Shown: positions 18,308-27,830 of the stretch, piece by piece | Position numbering within the stretch: the stretch's first letter is position 1 | Layout: the number at the start of each line of letters is the position of its first letter | NCBI GenBank assembly: GCA_945861665.1 | Contig: CAMAVS010000003.1 | Span: 273,362-337,361 of the forward strand | Length of the DNA stretch: 64,000 nucleotides | Origin: Chitinophaga pinensis | GTDB lineage: Bacteria > Bacteroidota > Bacteroidia > UBA4408 | Direction of reading: 5' to 3' | The notes under the pieces: model-generated | Told to the model about the DNA's origin: nothing | Database searches by the model: none | The model's input: only the letters and a program-made list of their open reading frames with translations | Made by a program: the position numbers and the translations under genes

Positions 18308-21300
18308 TTAAACTCGGATTCCAATTACTAAAATGTCGTCAACTTGTTCATTTCTGCCTTTCCAGCCTTCAACAAAATTATCTAAGTATTGTTCTTGTTC
18401 TTGCATTGTCTTGTTTTGAATACTGACTAAAATTTCTTTTAATTTTCTGGTCATTAATTTTTTTCCATCATGTCCGCTAAACTGGTCTGCGTAACCGTCT
18501 GTGCAAATGTAAAAAGTGTCGCCTTGCTGTAATTTTATTTCGTGCGTGTCAAAATGCTGATCATCATTTGTCAACCCACCTATAGCAACTTTAGTTCCTT
18601 TTATTTCTTCCACTTCGGTCTGCCCGTTACCGATAATCCACATAGGTCGGTTTGCACCAGCGTATTTTACAATACGATTTTTTGTGTCTACGGAGCAAAT
18701 AGCAATGTCCATTCCGTCTCTTGTTGATTCGCCTTTGCTTGATTGTTTTAAAGATGTTTTTACACCTTTATTTAGCAAGGATAATATTTCACTTGTATTA
18801 TTACTCTGTTGAACAGCATCTGTCAGTCGTTCTGAACCAACCATACTCATAAAAGCACCCGGCACTCCGTGTCCGGTACAGTCAACTACTGCGATAAAAA
18901 TAGGCCCCTCCCCAGCCCTCCCCGAAGGGGAGGGAGCATTATGAAAGAAATAAAAGTCTCCGCTTACAATATCTTTTGGTTTAAAGAGAATGAAACTTTG
19001 AGGTAGCGATAAATAAATTTCTTTTTTGTCGGGAAGAAATGCTTGCTGTATGCGAAGCGCATAGTTGATGCTGTCGGTTATTTCTTTGTGTTTTTCTTCT
19101 ACTATTTCCTTCTGCTTCGAAATTTCTACGTTAGCAAATTCAATTTTTGCTTTTTCTTCTCTTATAACAACTGTTGCTATTCGCACTTCTTCAGTAAGTT
19201 CTATTGCTCTTACTCTCAATCTTCTTCCGTTCCACCAAACAATTAAAATAACTGTTGTAATAATTAATAAACCATAAATTGAATAAGCCCACCACGTTTT
19301 CCACCATGGTGGACGAATTGTAAATGTGTAATTAAATTCGTCACTCCAATACCCTTCACTGTTCATTGCCTTTACTTTAAACGAATACTTTCCTTGTGGT
19401 AAGTTGCCATAAGGCGCTTCCGTGCGGTTAGTAATCGCGCTCCAGTTTTCATCAATGCCTTCTAATTTATATTGGTATTTTACTTTTTTACTTTGCTTTT
19501 GTGTGATGCTGATAAAATTAAAAGTTAAGTAATTGTTGTTGTATGCTAAACTTAAATTCTCCGGCAAGCTATACCATTTGGTAATTCCCTCAAACTCAAA
19601 ATCACTAACGCTTACTCCATTGCCAAGTGTTAGTGTGCTATCTTTTTTCTTCTCTAAATTTACCCAGCCAATATTTTCATTAAACAAGGCTATGCTTGTT
19701 AATTCAATATTTGGAGCAACAGTATCTGTGTTTTCTCCTTGAGGATGAAAAGCGGTTAGCCTGAAATTTGCTGCAACCCAAATAGTACCATTTTTATCTT
19801 CACAAATTGTTTTACCACCATTTACACCAATGCCTAAAAAACCATCTTCATACGTGTAGTTTTTAAAAAGTATTTCATCGGCTTGTATTTTGTTGAACTT
19901 GACTTTGTCATTTATTTCAACTAACTTCTCCTTACCTAGTCTTGCAAGACCAAAGCGGGTGCCGAACCAAAGGTTTCCGCTTTTGTCTTCCAGCATCGAC
20001 AAAACAGAATTATTACTGAGCCCTTCTTTTTCTGTAAAATGCGTAAAGGATTTCCCGTCATATTTACTGACTCCGCCATCCGTACCGAACCAAAGGTTTC
20101 CGCTTTTGTCTTCCAATATACTCTTTACAATATTATTGCTGAGCCCTTCTTTTTTTGTAAAATGCGTAAAGGATTTAACAAGTTTTCCATTAACTCTTTT
20201 AAGGCCTTGTTGAGTTCGTTGAGGAATAATCTCTCCTCTTTTCTCTGCGGCTTCTATTGCCTCAACTAGGTTCCCGTCATATTTTGATACGCCTCCGCCA
20301 TTCGTGCCGAACCAAAGGTTTCCGCTTTTGTCTTCCAATATACTCCAAACAGTATTATTGCTGAGCCCTTCTTTTTCTGTAAAATGCGTAAAGGATTTCC
20401 CATCATATTTACTCACTCCGCCATACGTCCCGAACCAAAGGTTTCCGCTTTTGTCTTCCAATATACTCCTTACAATATTATAAAATCGGTCTTCTTTTTC
20501 TGTAAAATAATGCGTAAAGGATTTAACAAGTTTTCCATTTTCTCTTTTAAGGCCTTGTTGAGTTCGTTGAGTAATAATCTCTCCTCTTTTCTCTGCGGCT
20601 TCTATTGCCTCAACTCGGTTACCGTCATATTTTGATACACCTCCGCCATCCGTGCCGAACCAAAGGTTTCCGCTTTTGTCTTCCAACATACTCCAAACCC
20701 TATTATTGATGAGCCCTTCTTTTTCTGTAAAATGCGTAAAGGATTTAACAAGTTTTCCATTTTCTCTTTTTAGGTCTTGTTGTGTTCGTTGAGGAATAGT
20801 CTCTCCTCTTTTCTCTGCGGCTTCTATTGCCTCAACTCGACTCCCGTCATATTTTGATACACCTCCGCCATACGTGCCGAACCAAAGGTTTCCGCTTTTG
20901 TCTTCCAACATCGACAAAACTTTATTATTGCTGAGCCCTTCTTTTTCTGTAAAATGCCTAAAGGATTTACCGTCATATTTGTTTACTCCTCCATCCGTGC
21001 CGAACCAAAGGTTTCCGCTTTTGTCTTCCAATATACTCCTTACAATATTATTGCTGAGCCCTTCTTTTTCTGTAAAATGCGTAAAGGATTTCCCGTCATA
21101 TTTTGATACACCTCCGTCATACATGCCGAACCAAAGGTTTCCGCTTTTATCTTCTAACATCGAAACAGCATTATTACTCAAACCTTCTTTTTCTGTAAAA
21201 TGCGTAAAGGATTTAACAAGTTTTCCATTTTCTCTTTTTAGGTCTTGTTGTGTTCTTTGAGGAATAACCTCTCCTCTTTTCTCTGCGGCTTCTATTGCCT

Positions 21301-22084
21301 CAACTCGGTTACCGTCATATTTTGATATACCTCCGCCATCCTTGCCGAACCAAAGGTTTCCGCTTTTGTCTTCCAGCATCGACAAAACAGAATTATTGCT
21401 GAGCCCTTCTTTTTTTGTAAAATGCGTAAAGGATTTACCGTCATATTTACTGACTCCGTCATCCGTGCCGAACCAAAGGTTTCCGCTTTTGTCTTCCAAC
21501 ATACTCCAAACAGCATTATTGCTGAGCCCTTCTTTTTCTGTAAAATGCGTAAAGGATTTCCCGTCATATTTACTTACTCCGCCAACCGTACCGAACCAAA
21601 GGTTTCCGCTTTTGTCTTGAAGCATGCAACGTGTTGCATCATGTTTTAAACCTTGTAATTTACTAAAAGAAGAAAAGCCTTCGGGGTTTTGGTCTTTTAC
21701 GTAAGCGTCTTTTGCAATTACAACTTCGGGTATTCCTGCTACAAAAGGGCTGTCGATGGCGGGAATTGTTTTGGGAAGAAGAAAAGTGTCTTGTCCGGGA
21801 GTAATTACTCTTGGTATTCCCGCTAAATGTATGTTTGTGTTTATTGCAATGTGAATATTTGTGTTTGTTGGAACTACTTTTGGATTTCCTGCTTTTACAA
21901 TTGTTGGTTTGCCACAAGGTATAACCTTTGGCTCCGTTACACTGTCTTTCGGTACAACATAACCTTTTGTTTCAATCACTTTTGGTGCAAAGGTGTTTGG
22001 TCGTTCCCGCTCTTCCTTTTGAGAGCAGGAAAAAAGGAACATCCCGCTTATTAAAAGAATGATTTGAATTTTTATTTTATTCAT
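18308..22084 (-). CDS. Multidomain signalling protein: lipoprotein signal peptide, Pro-rich linker, about 12 two-component-regulator-propeller (Reg_prop) blades, a Y_Y_Y domain, a transmembrane helix, a coiled coil and a C-terminal PP2C/SpoIIE-type Ser/Thr phosphatase.
   Basis: The blade motif DKSGNLWFGT.GGVSKYDGKSFTHFTEKEGLSNN recurs. The Y_Y_Y-like region is YQYKLEGIDENWS...GKYSFKVKA, followed by helix WWAYSIYGLLIITTVILIVWW. The PP2C motifs are GDFYFF, VVDCTGHGVPGAFMS, DGMDIAIC and FYICTDGYADQFG. Confidence 0.85.
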   Translation of the reverse strand: MNKIKIQIILLISGMFLFSCSQKEERERPNTFAPKVIETKGYVVPKDSVTEPKVIPCGKPTIVKAGNPKVVPTNTNIHIAINTNIHLAGIPRVITPGQDTFLLPKTIPAIDSPFVAGIPEVVIAKDAYVKDQNPEGFSSFSKLQGLKHDATRCMLQDKSGNLWFGTVGGVSKYDGKSFTHFTEKEGLSNNAVWSMLEDKSGNLWFGTDDGVSKYDGKSFTHFTKKEGLSNNSVLSMLEDKSGNLWFGKDGGGISKYDGNRVEAIEAAEKRGEVIPQRTQQDLKRENGKLVKSFTHFTEKEGLSNNAVSMLEDKSGNLWFGMYDGGVSKYDGKSFTHFTEKEGLSNNIVRSILEDKSGNLWFGTDGGVNKYDGKSFRHFTEKEGLSNNKVLSMLEDKSGNLWFGTYGGGVSKYDGSRVEAIEAAEKRGETIPQRTQQDLKRENGKLVKSFTHFTEKEGLINNRVWSMLEDKSGNLWFGTDGGGVSKYDGNRVEAIEAAEKRGEIITQRTQQGLKRENGKLVKSFTHYFTEKEDRFYNIVRSILEDKSGNLWFGTYGGVSKYDGKSFTHFTEKEGLSNNTVWSILEDKSGNLWFGTNGGGVSKYDGNLVEAIEAAEKRGEIIPQRTQQGLKRVNGKLVKSFTHFTKKEGLSNNIVKSILEDKSGNLWFGTDGGVSKYDGKSFTHFTEKEGLSNNSVLSMLEDKSGNLWFGTRFGLARLGKEKLVEINDKVKFNKIQADEILFKNYTYEDGFLGIGVNGGKTICEDKNGTIWVAANFRLTAFHPQGENTDTVAPNIELTSIALFNENIGWVNLEKKKDSTLTLGNGVSVSDFEFEGITKWYSLPENLSLAYNNNYLTFNFISITQKQSKKVKYQYKLEGIDENWSAITNRTEAPYGNLPQGKYSFKVKAMNSEGYWSDEFNYTFTIRPPWWKTWWAYSIYGLLIITTVILIVWWNGRRLRVRAIELTEEVRIATVVIREEKAKIEFANVEISKQKEIVEEKHKEITDSINYALRIQQAFLPDKKEIYLSLPQSFILFKPKDIVSGDFYFFHNAPSPSGRAGEGPIFIAVVDCTGHGVPGAFMSMVGSERLTDAVQQSNNTSEILSLLNKGVKTSLKQSSKGESTRDGMDIAICSVDTKNRIVKYAGANRPMWIIGNGQTEVEEIKGTKVAIGGLTNDDQHFDTHEIKLQQGDTFYICTDGYADQFSGHDGKKLMTRKLKEILVSIQNKTMQEQEQYLDNFVEGWKGRNEQVDDILVIGIRV
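18902..18938. repeat. GC-rich perfect palindrome inserted in-frame inside the PP2C domain coding sequence.
   Basis: CCCTCCCC-GAA-GGGGAGGG forms an 8-bp G/C stem. It is preceded by a second CCCCTCCCC copy and sits in otherwise ~35% GC DNA. It encodes the Pro/Gly-rich peptide SPSGRAGEGP. Confidence 0.7.
19890..21660 (-). repeat. Intragenic tandem DNA repeats (about 120-nt blade units with variable junctions) inside the propeller gene, including four copies of an in-frame 96-nt insert.
   Basis: The unit CCGAACCAAAGGTTTCCGCTTTTGTCTTCCAA... recurs at least 11 times at near-100% nucleotide identity. The insert encoding NRVEAIEAAEKRGE.I.QRTQQ.LKR.NGKLV occurs four times at the same blade position. 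Confidence 0.85.
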
Positions 22085-22419
22085 ATTTTTTTTGTTTTGA
22101 TCTCTTTTTTGTCAATGGAGTTAAGTAGATATTTAAATGTATAATCAAATGTATTAATTAATAATTGAATGATAGAAGAGCGGAGGAGATTTAGCTCTTT
22201 TGCAAGCCGCAGAGTTTTTGCGCCAATCTTTTAACACTTGTTAGTGATGATGCTCTAAGAAATAAATTAAGTTCAGGTGGGTGTAAAAACGTGAAGGGGT
22301 TCATCCATTATACCCCATTATTGAATAATATGAAAGTACTCTACAACAAACTACTATTACAAAAGCAAACAATAATTAAAGTATTTTTAATAACTTTGGT
22401 TGATTATTTAAATAGAACT

Positions 22420-23187
22420 ATGAAGAAGTCATTTAAAAGTAGTTTAAAGTTATTGGTTGTAGCAGTTATTTTGTCATCTTGCCATTCAATTAACCCAAGT
22501 GTGATGTTTAAAACGGGTAAGGATTTTAAATATTCAGAGCAGCCAAAAGAAGTACTTAAAGAGTATAAGATAGCAGCAAATGATTTACTGGAGTTTAAAT
22601 TGTATACGAATGACGGTTTTAAACTAATTGACATTACTTCATTAAATTCAGAAGGGCGAATTAGCTCGGGTGCTGTTTATAGTTATAAGGTGGAATTTGA
22701 TGGAACTGTTAAGCTTCCAATTGTAAATAGAATAAAGCTGGAGGGGATGACCATTCGCGAAGCGGAATTGCTTTTGGAGGATACCTATTCCAAAGAATAT
22801 ATAAAACCCTTTGTGTTGCTTAGTATTTCAAACAGGCGCGTTATTATTTTTCCTGGTTCCGGTGGATCGGCAAAGGTAATTACATTAATCAATGACAATA
22901 CAACCCTTATTGAGGCTTTAGCAATTGCTGGTGGTATCACTCAACGTGGTAAAGCACAAAAAGTTAAACTATTAAGAGGTAATTTAAAGAATCCAGAAGT
23001 TTTTTTGATAGATTTATCGACCATTGATGGAATTAAACAAGCCGACTTGGTAATGCAAGCAAACGATATTATTTATGTTGAGCCATCTGCAGACATTGCT
23101 ACAGGTTTGGCGAATCAAGTTGCACCTTACATAAGTTTAATTACAAGCGTAGTGTTTATCTATACCTACATTACTTTATTTAAATAA
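22420..23187 (+). CDS. Polysaccharide export protein (Wza-like; Poly_export plus SLBB domains).
   Basis: Lipoprotein-type signal MKKSFKSSLKLLVVAVILSSC. The Poly_export region is KEYKIAANDLLEFKLY and the SLBB region is TLIEALAIAGGITQRGKAQKVKLLRG. The start is moved from 22291 to this Met. Confidence 0.75.
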   Translation: MKKSFKSSLKLLVVAVILSSCHSINPSVMFKTGKDFKYSEQPKEVLKEYKIAANDLLEFKLYTNDGFKLIDITSLNSEGRISSGAVYSYKVEFDGTVKLPIVNRIKLEGMTIREAELLLEDTYSKEYIKPFVLLSISNRRVIIFPGSGGSAKVITLINDNTTLIEALAIAGGITQRGKAQKVKLLRGNLKNPEVFLIDLSTIDGIKQADLVMQANDIIYVEPSADIATGLANQVAPYISLITSVVFIYTYITLFK

Positions 23188-23333
23188 TTCCTGAGATGGA
23201 ATCCCAAACATTAAAAAGGCTGATTATCCAATTTTTATTTTTAGAGCAAATTGCTCCAAACGTTTTTTTTCTAAAACATAAATAACATTGTGAAGGAGGA
23301 AAAATTTATTCGGATAAGTTTAATAGTATAATT

Positions 23334-23876
23334 ATGAAGATTACAGAATCACCATTAAAAGATTTACTAATAATTGAACCGGCTATTTTCGAAGATAAAC
23401 GTGGATATTTTTTCGAATCGTACAATATCGAAAAGTTTAATTCAATTAGCGTTTCGCACCAATTTGTTCAGGATAATCAATCCTTATCTCAGAAAGGGGT
23501 CTTGAGAGGATTGCATTTTCAGAATCCTCCTTTTGCACAAGGTAAATTAGTTAGAGTAATTAAAGGAGCAGTTCTGGATGTTACCGTTGATATTAGAAAG
23601 GATTCGGAAACGTATGGACGCCATTTTGTATTTGAATTAAATGAAAAAAATAAATCAATGTTGTTTATTCCTCCTGGTTTTGCTCATGGATTTTTAACAT
23701 TGGAAGATAATACTATATTCTTTTATAAGTGTACCAATTATTATAACAAGGCATCTGAAGATACTCTTTTGTGGAGTGACAGTACTTTGAATATTGACTG
23801 GAAAATTCAAAATCCCATTATATCTGAGAAAGACATGGAAGGGAAACCATTTCATGGCTTTTTAAGTTTGTTTTAA
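23334..23876 (+). CDS. rfbC: dTDP-4-dehydrorhamnose 3,5-epimerase.
   Basis: MKITESPLKDLLIIEP..FEDKRGYFFESYN...GLHFQ..PFAQGKLVRVIKGAVLDV — the RmlC cupin signature; 180 aa. Confidence 0.9.
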   Translation: MKITESPLKDLLIIEPAIFEDKRGYFFESYNIEKFNSISVSHQFVQDNQSLSQKGVLRGLHFQNPPFAQGKLVRVIKGAVLDVTVDIRKDSETYGRHFVFELNEKNKSMLFIPPGFAHGFLTLEDNTIFFYKCTNYYNKASEDTLLWSDSTLNIDWKIQNPIISEKDMEGKPFHGFLSLF

Positions 23877-23917
23877 TTGCTATTTTTCGTACCTTTAATT
23901 CCTTATTTATTGGCTGT

Positions 23918-24976
23918 ATGGGATACAAGGATATATACTTTTATTCACTTTTTTTTGCCGGATCAATGGTGTTTTCCTTATTGATAAATGGCTTGTATTT
24001 TCGTTTTTCGAAGAGTATAGGTATGCGCAATATAAAAGAAGATATTAGTCCATTGGAGGATCAAACGAAACCTGCATTTGGCGGTATATCTTTTTATATT
24101 GTTTTTTTACTTTCAGTTTCGGCTTACTCTATCCTTTCAGGATTTGAAATTTTATTTCAAAATTTAGGATTTATTGGAGTCATCGCCTCAGCCAGTATCG
24201 CTTTTTTAGTTGGACTTGCCGATGATGTTTATAACATAAAGCCTTTCTTGAAATTACTTACTCAATTTCTTTGTGGGCTTATTTTAGTTGCTACCGGAAC
24301 ATATATTCAGTTTTGTTCAATTCAAATTATCAATTATGCCGTTACAATTATTTGGGTTATAGGAATAATGACTTCTATTAATATGCTCAATAATATTGAT
24401 TCCATTGCTTCTATTGTCTCTGTTTTTATTTTTTTAAGTGGATTAGTAGTGTTTGTTGTACTGGATACTGTAGATAGTGTGTACTTTGTAATACTATTGG
24501 GTTCTATTGCTTCTTTATTGGTTTTTTTGTTTTTTAATTGGCATCCCTCAAAAATATATATGGGCGATAACGGCAGTCAGTTTTTGGGTTTATTATTAGC
24601 TGTTGTTGGTATTATGTGTTTTTGGAATACTCCATTTGATGCCGTGAGTAAATCATTGGTTAAACAAATTATATTAACCACAGTAGTTTTTATATTGCCA
24701 CTAACGGATACAATAATTGCGATAATTGAGTGTCTAGGTAAGAAACCATCACACTTTATCGGTTGTCACGATAATGCCACACATCATTTGTCTTACTTGG
24801 GATTATCGGAAACCAAAGTTGCATTTGTTTTTATATTCTTGTCTTCCATATCTCTTTTGTTTTGTTACGCAATTGCAAGTGGGGGTCATTCTAATTTAGC
24901 ATTAGCATTTTCGGCAGTATTTTCAATAATTGTTTTTCTTTCACTTTTTATCATTACAAAAGTTAGTAAAAAATGA
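23918..24976 (+). CDS. Polyprenyl-phosphate sugar-1-phosphate transferase (MraY/WecA family, GT4); initiating glycosyltransferase.
   Basis: Polytopic membrane protein with the family motifs MGDNGSQFLG and NMLNNIDS. Confidence 0.75.
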   Translation: MGYKDIYFYSLFFAGSMVFSLLINGLYFRFSKSIGMRNIKEDISPLEDQTKPAFGGISFYIVFLLSVSAYSILSGFEILFQNLGFIGVIASASIAFLVGLADDVYNIKPFLKLLTQFLCGLILVATGTYIQFCSIQIINYAVTIIWVIGIMTSINMLNNIDSIASIVSVFIFLSGLVVFVVLDTVDSVYFVILLGSIASLLVFLFFNWHPSKIYMGDNGSQFLGLLLAVVGIMCFWNTPFDAVSKSLVKQIILTTVVFILPLTDTIIAIIECLGKKPSHFIGCHDNATHHLSYLGLSETKVAFVFIFLSSISLLFCYAIASGGHSNLALAFSAVFSIIVFLSLFIITKVSKK

Positions 24977-25992
24977 GGAAAATTATTTTTGTATGTTTTG
25001 GATTTGCAGCCATGTTGATAGCATATAGCTTGTTTAGCTTCTCATCAAAACAAAACGATGACAAATCATTTCAGAACGAATTCAATGCTAACTACAAAGT
25101 GTTTTCCTTGAATATTCCTAAGGACATTAATTTTTCTGGCGATTTAGTACCTATTAATAATTTTGATGTACGTGAAAGCTTGGATAGAGAATTGTTGCTG
25201 AATACCTATTTTCAATCACAAACAATTATGTTGCATAAAAGAGTAAATAGATGGTTCCCTATTATTGAGCCTATTCTAAAACAAAACGGAGTTCCTGCCG
25301 ATTTTAAATACATTGCATTAATTGAAAGTAATTTAACAAATGCAGTTTCTCCTGCAGGTGCAACAGGATTTTGGCAGTTTATAGAATCTACCGGTAAAAA
25401 TTACGGACTTGAAATAAACGATGAAGTAGATGAGCGCTATAACGTAGAAAAATCTACCGTGGCTGCTTGTAAGTATTTTAAGGATGCATATAAACAACTG
25501 AATAATTGGACCTTGGTTGCAAGTTCATATAATTTGGGTATAGGAGGGATATCACGTCAGTTGAACAACCAAAAAGTAAATAATTACTACGACTTATTGC
25601 TAAACCAAGAAACAGCGCGCTATGTATTCCGACTATTGGCCGTGAAAGAAATAATTTCGCATCCCCAAAAATACGGTTATATTATTCGTAAAAAAGATTT
25701 ATACCCATTTATTCCTACCTATGAAGTAAAAATTGATTCATCGGTAAGTAATTTTACAGATTTTGCCATTGCAAACAATGTTAATTATAAAATGTTGAAG
25801 CTATTTAATCCTTGGTTACGTAAAGGTACTTTAACAAATGCAAGCCATAAGCAATACATCATCAAATTACCCAAAAATGGATATACCGATTATGATAAGT
25901 TAGAGTCGAGCATAAACAATACCTATTCTTCTGAAGACTCGATTCGGTTTTTTCATTCCGAAAAACAGGGTAAAGAGAGTATTCCAAAATAG
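24973..25992 (+). CDS. Lytic transglycosylase (SLT domain, MltD-like).
   Basis: SLT catalytic region ALIESNLTNAVSPAGATGFWQFIESTGKNYGL. Signal peptide present. The start overlaps the previous gene by 4 nt. Confidence 0.75.
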   Translation: MRKIIFVCFGFAAMLIAYSLFSFSSKQNDDKSFQNEFNANYKVFSLNIPKDINFSGDLVPINNFDVRESLDRELLLNTYFQSQTIMLHKRVNRWFPIIEPILKQNGVPADFKYIALIESNLTNAVSPAGATGFWQFIESTGKNYGLEINDEVDERYNVEKSTVAACKYFKDAYKQLNNWTLVASSYNLGIGGISRQLNNQKVNNYYDLLLNQETARYVFRLLAVKEIISHPQKYGYIIRKKDLYPFIPTYEVKIDSSVSNFTDFAIANNVNYKMLKLFNPWLRKGTLTNASHKQYIIKLPKNGYTDYDKLESSINNTYSSEDSIRFFHSEKQGKESIPK

Positions 25993-26001
25993 TAAAAAGA
26001 T

Positions 26002-27273
26002 ATGTTACAAATTAGCAAAATAAGAGAAAATAAAGAATTTATCATAGAGAGATTAGCCGTTAAGAATTTTGATGGAAAAAAAACAATTGATGAAATTCTG
26101 GAAATTGACAGCAAGAGAAGAAAAACACAAAATGAGCTGGATGCATTATTAAATGAATCGAATGTGATAGCGAAACAAGTGGGTGAGCTTTTTAAAGCGG
26201 GGAAACAATTCGAAGCAAACGAGTTGAAAGCTAAAACTGTTCTCTTAAAAGAGCACAGTAAAAAGTTGGAAGAAGAATTATGTTTGCTTGAAAATGATCA
26301 ACATACTTTATTGGTTCAATTACCAAATACTCCAAGTGTATTGGTTCCTAAAGGAAAAACACCTGCCGACAACGAAACTGTTCATGAAGAAGGAGAAATT
26401 AAAAAATTATACGAAGGAGCAATACCTCATTGGGAGTTGACTTCCAAGTACGATATTATTGATTTTGAGATGGGGGTAAAGCTTACCGGTGCAGGGTTTC
26501 CTGTGTATAAAAATAAAGGAGCGAAACTTCAGCGTGCATTAATAAACTATTTTCTAGATAAAGCTTCTGCTGCAGGATACATTGAAGTTCAGCCTCCTAT
26601 TTTAGTAAATGAAGCATCGGGCTATGGAACAGGTCAATTGCCAGACAAAGAAGGACAAATGTATTATGTTGGGATCGATAATTTATACCTCATTCCGACT
26701 GCCGAAGTGCCTATTACCAATATGTACCGTGATGTAATTGTGAAGGAAGCCGATTTTCCGATAAAGAACTGTGGCTATACTCCTTGCTTTAGAAGAGAAG
26801 CGGGAAGTTATGGTAAAGACGTGCGTGGATTGAACAGACTACACCAATTTGACAAAGTGGAGATAGTACAAATACAACATCCCGATAAAAGTTATGAAAC
26901 ATTAGAAAATATGCGTGAATTTGTTGCAAGTATTCTGCGTGAATTAGAGTTGCCTTTTCGTATTCTTAAGTTGTGTGGTGGCGATATGAGTTTTGGTTCA
27001 GCACTTACCTACGATATGGAAACGTATTCAGCCGCACAGGAAAAATGGTTGGAGGTAAGTTCCGTTTCTAATTTTGAAACCTTTCAAAGCAATAGATTAA
27101 AATTGCGTTTTAAAGGAAAGGATGGTAAAACACAACTAGCACATACCTTGAATGGAAGTGCACTTGCCTTGCCACGAATTGTTGCAACACTTTTAGAAAA
27201 TAATCAAACCCCTGAAGGTATTGTAATACCGAAAGTATTGGTACCCTACACTAAATTTGAAATTATTAATTAA
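26002..27273 (+). CDS. serS: Seryl-tRNA synthetase.
   Basis: 423 aa with an N-terminal coiled-coil arm and class II aaRS motifs (FRREAGSYGKDVRGL.R.HQF.KVE; GSALA.PR). Confidence 0.95.
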   Translation: MLQISKIRENKEFIIERLAVKNFDGKKTIDEILEIDSKRRKTQNELDALLNESNVIAKQVGELFKAGKQFEANELKAKTVLLKEHSKKLEEELCLLENDQHTLLVQLPNTPSVLVPKGKTPADNETVHEEGEIKKLYEGAIPHWELTSKYDIIDFEMGVKLTGAGFPVYKNKGAKLQRALINYFLDKASAAGYIEVQPPILVNEASGYGTGQLPDKEGQMYYVGIDNLYLIPTAEVPITNMYRDVIVKEADFPIKNCGYTPCFRREAGSYGKDVRGLNRLHQFDKVEIVQIQHPDKSYETLENMREFVASILRELELPFRILKLCGGDMSFGSALTYDMETYSAAQEKWLEVSSVSNFETFQSNRLKLRFKGKDGKTQLAHTLNGSALALPRIVATLLENNQTPEGIVIPKVLVPYTKFEIIN

Positions 27274-27278
27274 TACTT

Positions 27279-27830
27279 ATGAAATATTTATTCAGAATTA
27301 TACTAAGTGCACTCCTTAGCTCCTGCTTGTTATCCTCTTGTACACATTCCGAAGTTAAGGAGTTATCGACTTTAGATACGTTTAACCTATTTATTAAAAA
27401 AGCCGATTCTATTTTTGCTACTATCGATTTTCAGAAACTAAATGAAACCGTTATCAGTATAAACAGTAAATTGAAGTTAATTGACCAAACATATAGCGGT
27501 GATACAATTAGTAAAGAAACAGCATTGATAATTGAAAATTATAAAGGCATAGGAAATGTGTTGACTCAATTCAACAACCAATCAAACAAGTTAGAGGAAG
27601 AGATTAAGGAAAGTGAGAAACAAATTGCTGATTTGAGACACGACATTGAAAAGCATATTGTAAAAGAAGAAAAAATCGAAGAGTATATTGAACGTGAAAA
27701 GGAAGCCTTAATGCAAGTTTGTACACAAGTTCAACTTACTCAACGCTCTATTGGATTAACGCTTGTTGATTACGAATCAATGATTCCAAAAATTGAACAG
27801 TTGCTTAAAAATGCTGAAATAAAAGAATGA
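27279..27830 (+). CDS. Hypothetical lipoprotein with a coiled coil.
   Basis: Lipobox LLSSC; 183 aa. Confidence 0.45.
   Translation: MKYLFRIILSALLSSCLLSSCTHSEVKELSTLDTFNLFIKKADSIFATIDFQKLNETVISINSKLKLIDQTYSGDTISKETALIIENYKGIGNVLTQFNNQSNKLEEEIKESEKQIADLRHDIEKHIVKEEKIEEYIEREKEALMQVCTQVQLTQRSIGLTLVDYESMIPKIEQLLKNAEIKE

Noticed and set aside
19890-21650. A family of plus-strand ORFs (MPNQRFPLLSSNI..., MRKGFPVIFT...) and a regular ~120-nt periodicity that could resemble a CRISPR-like array.
   Set aside because: They are antisense reading frames of the minus-strand propeller repeats. The units are about 120 nt coding blades with no short repeat/unique-spacer architecture, and the sense strand gives a continuous 1258-aa protein.
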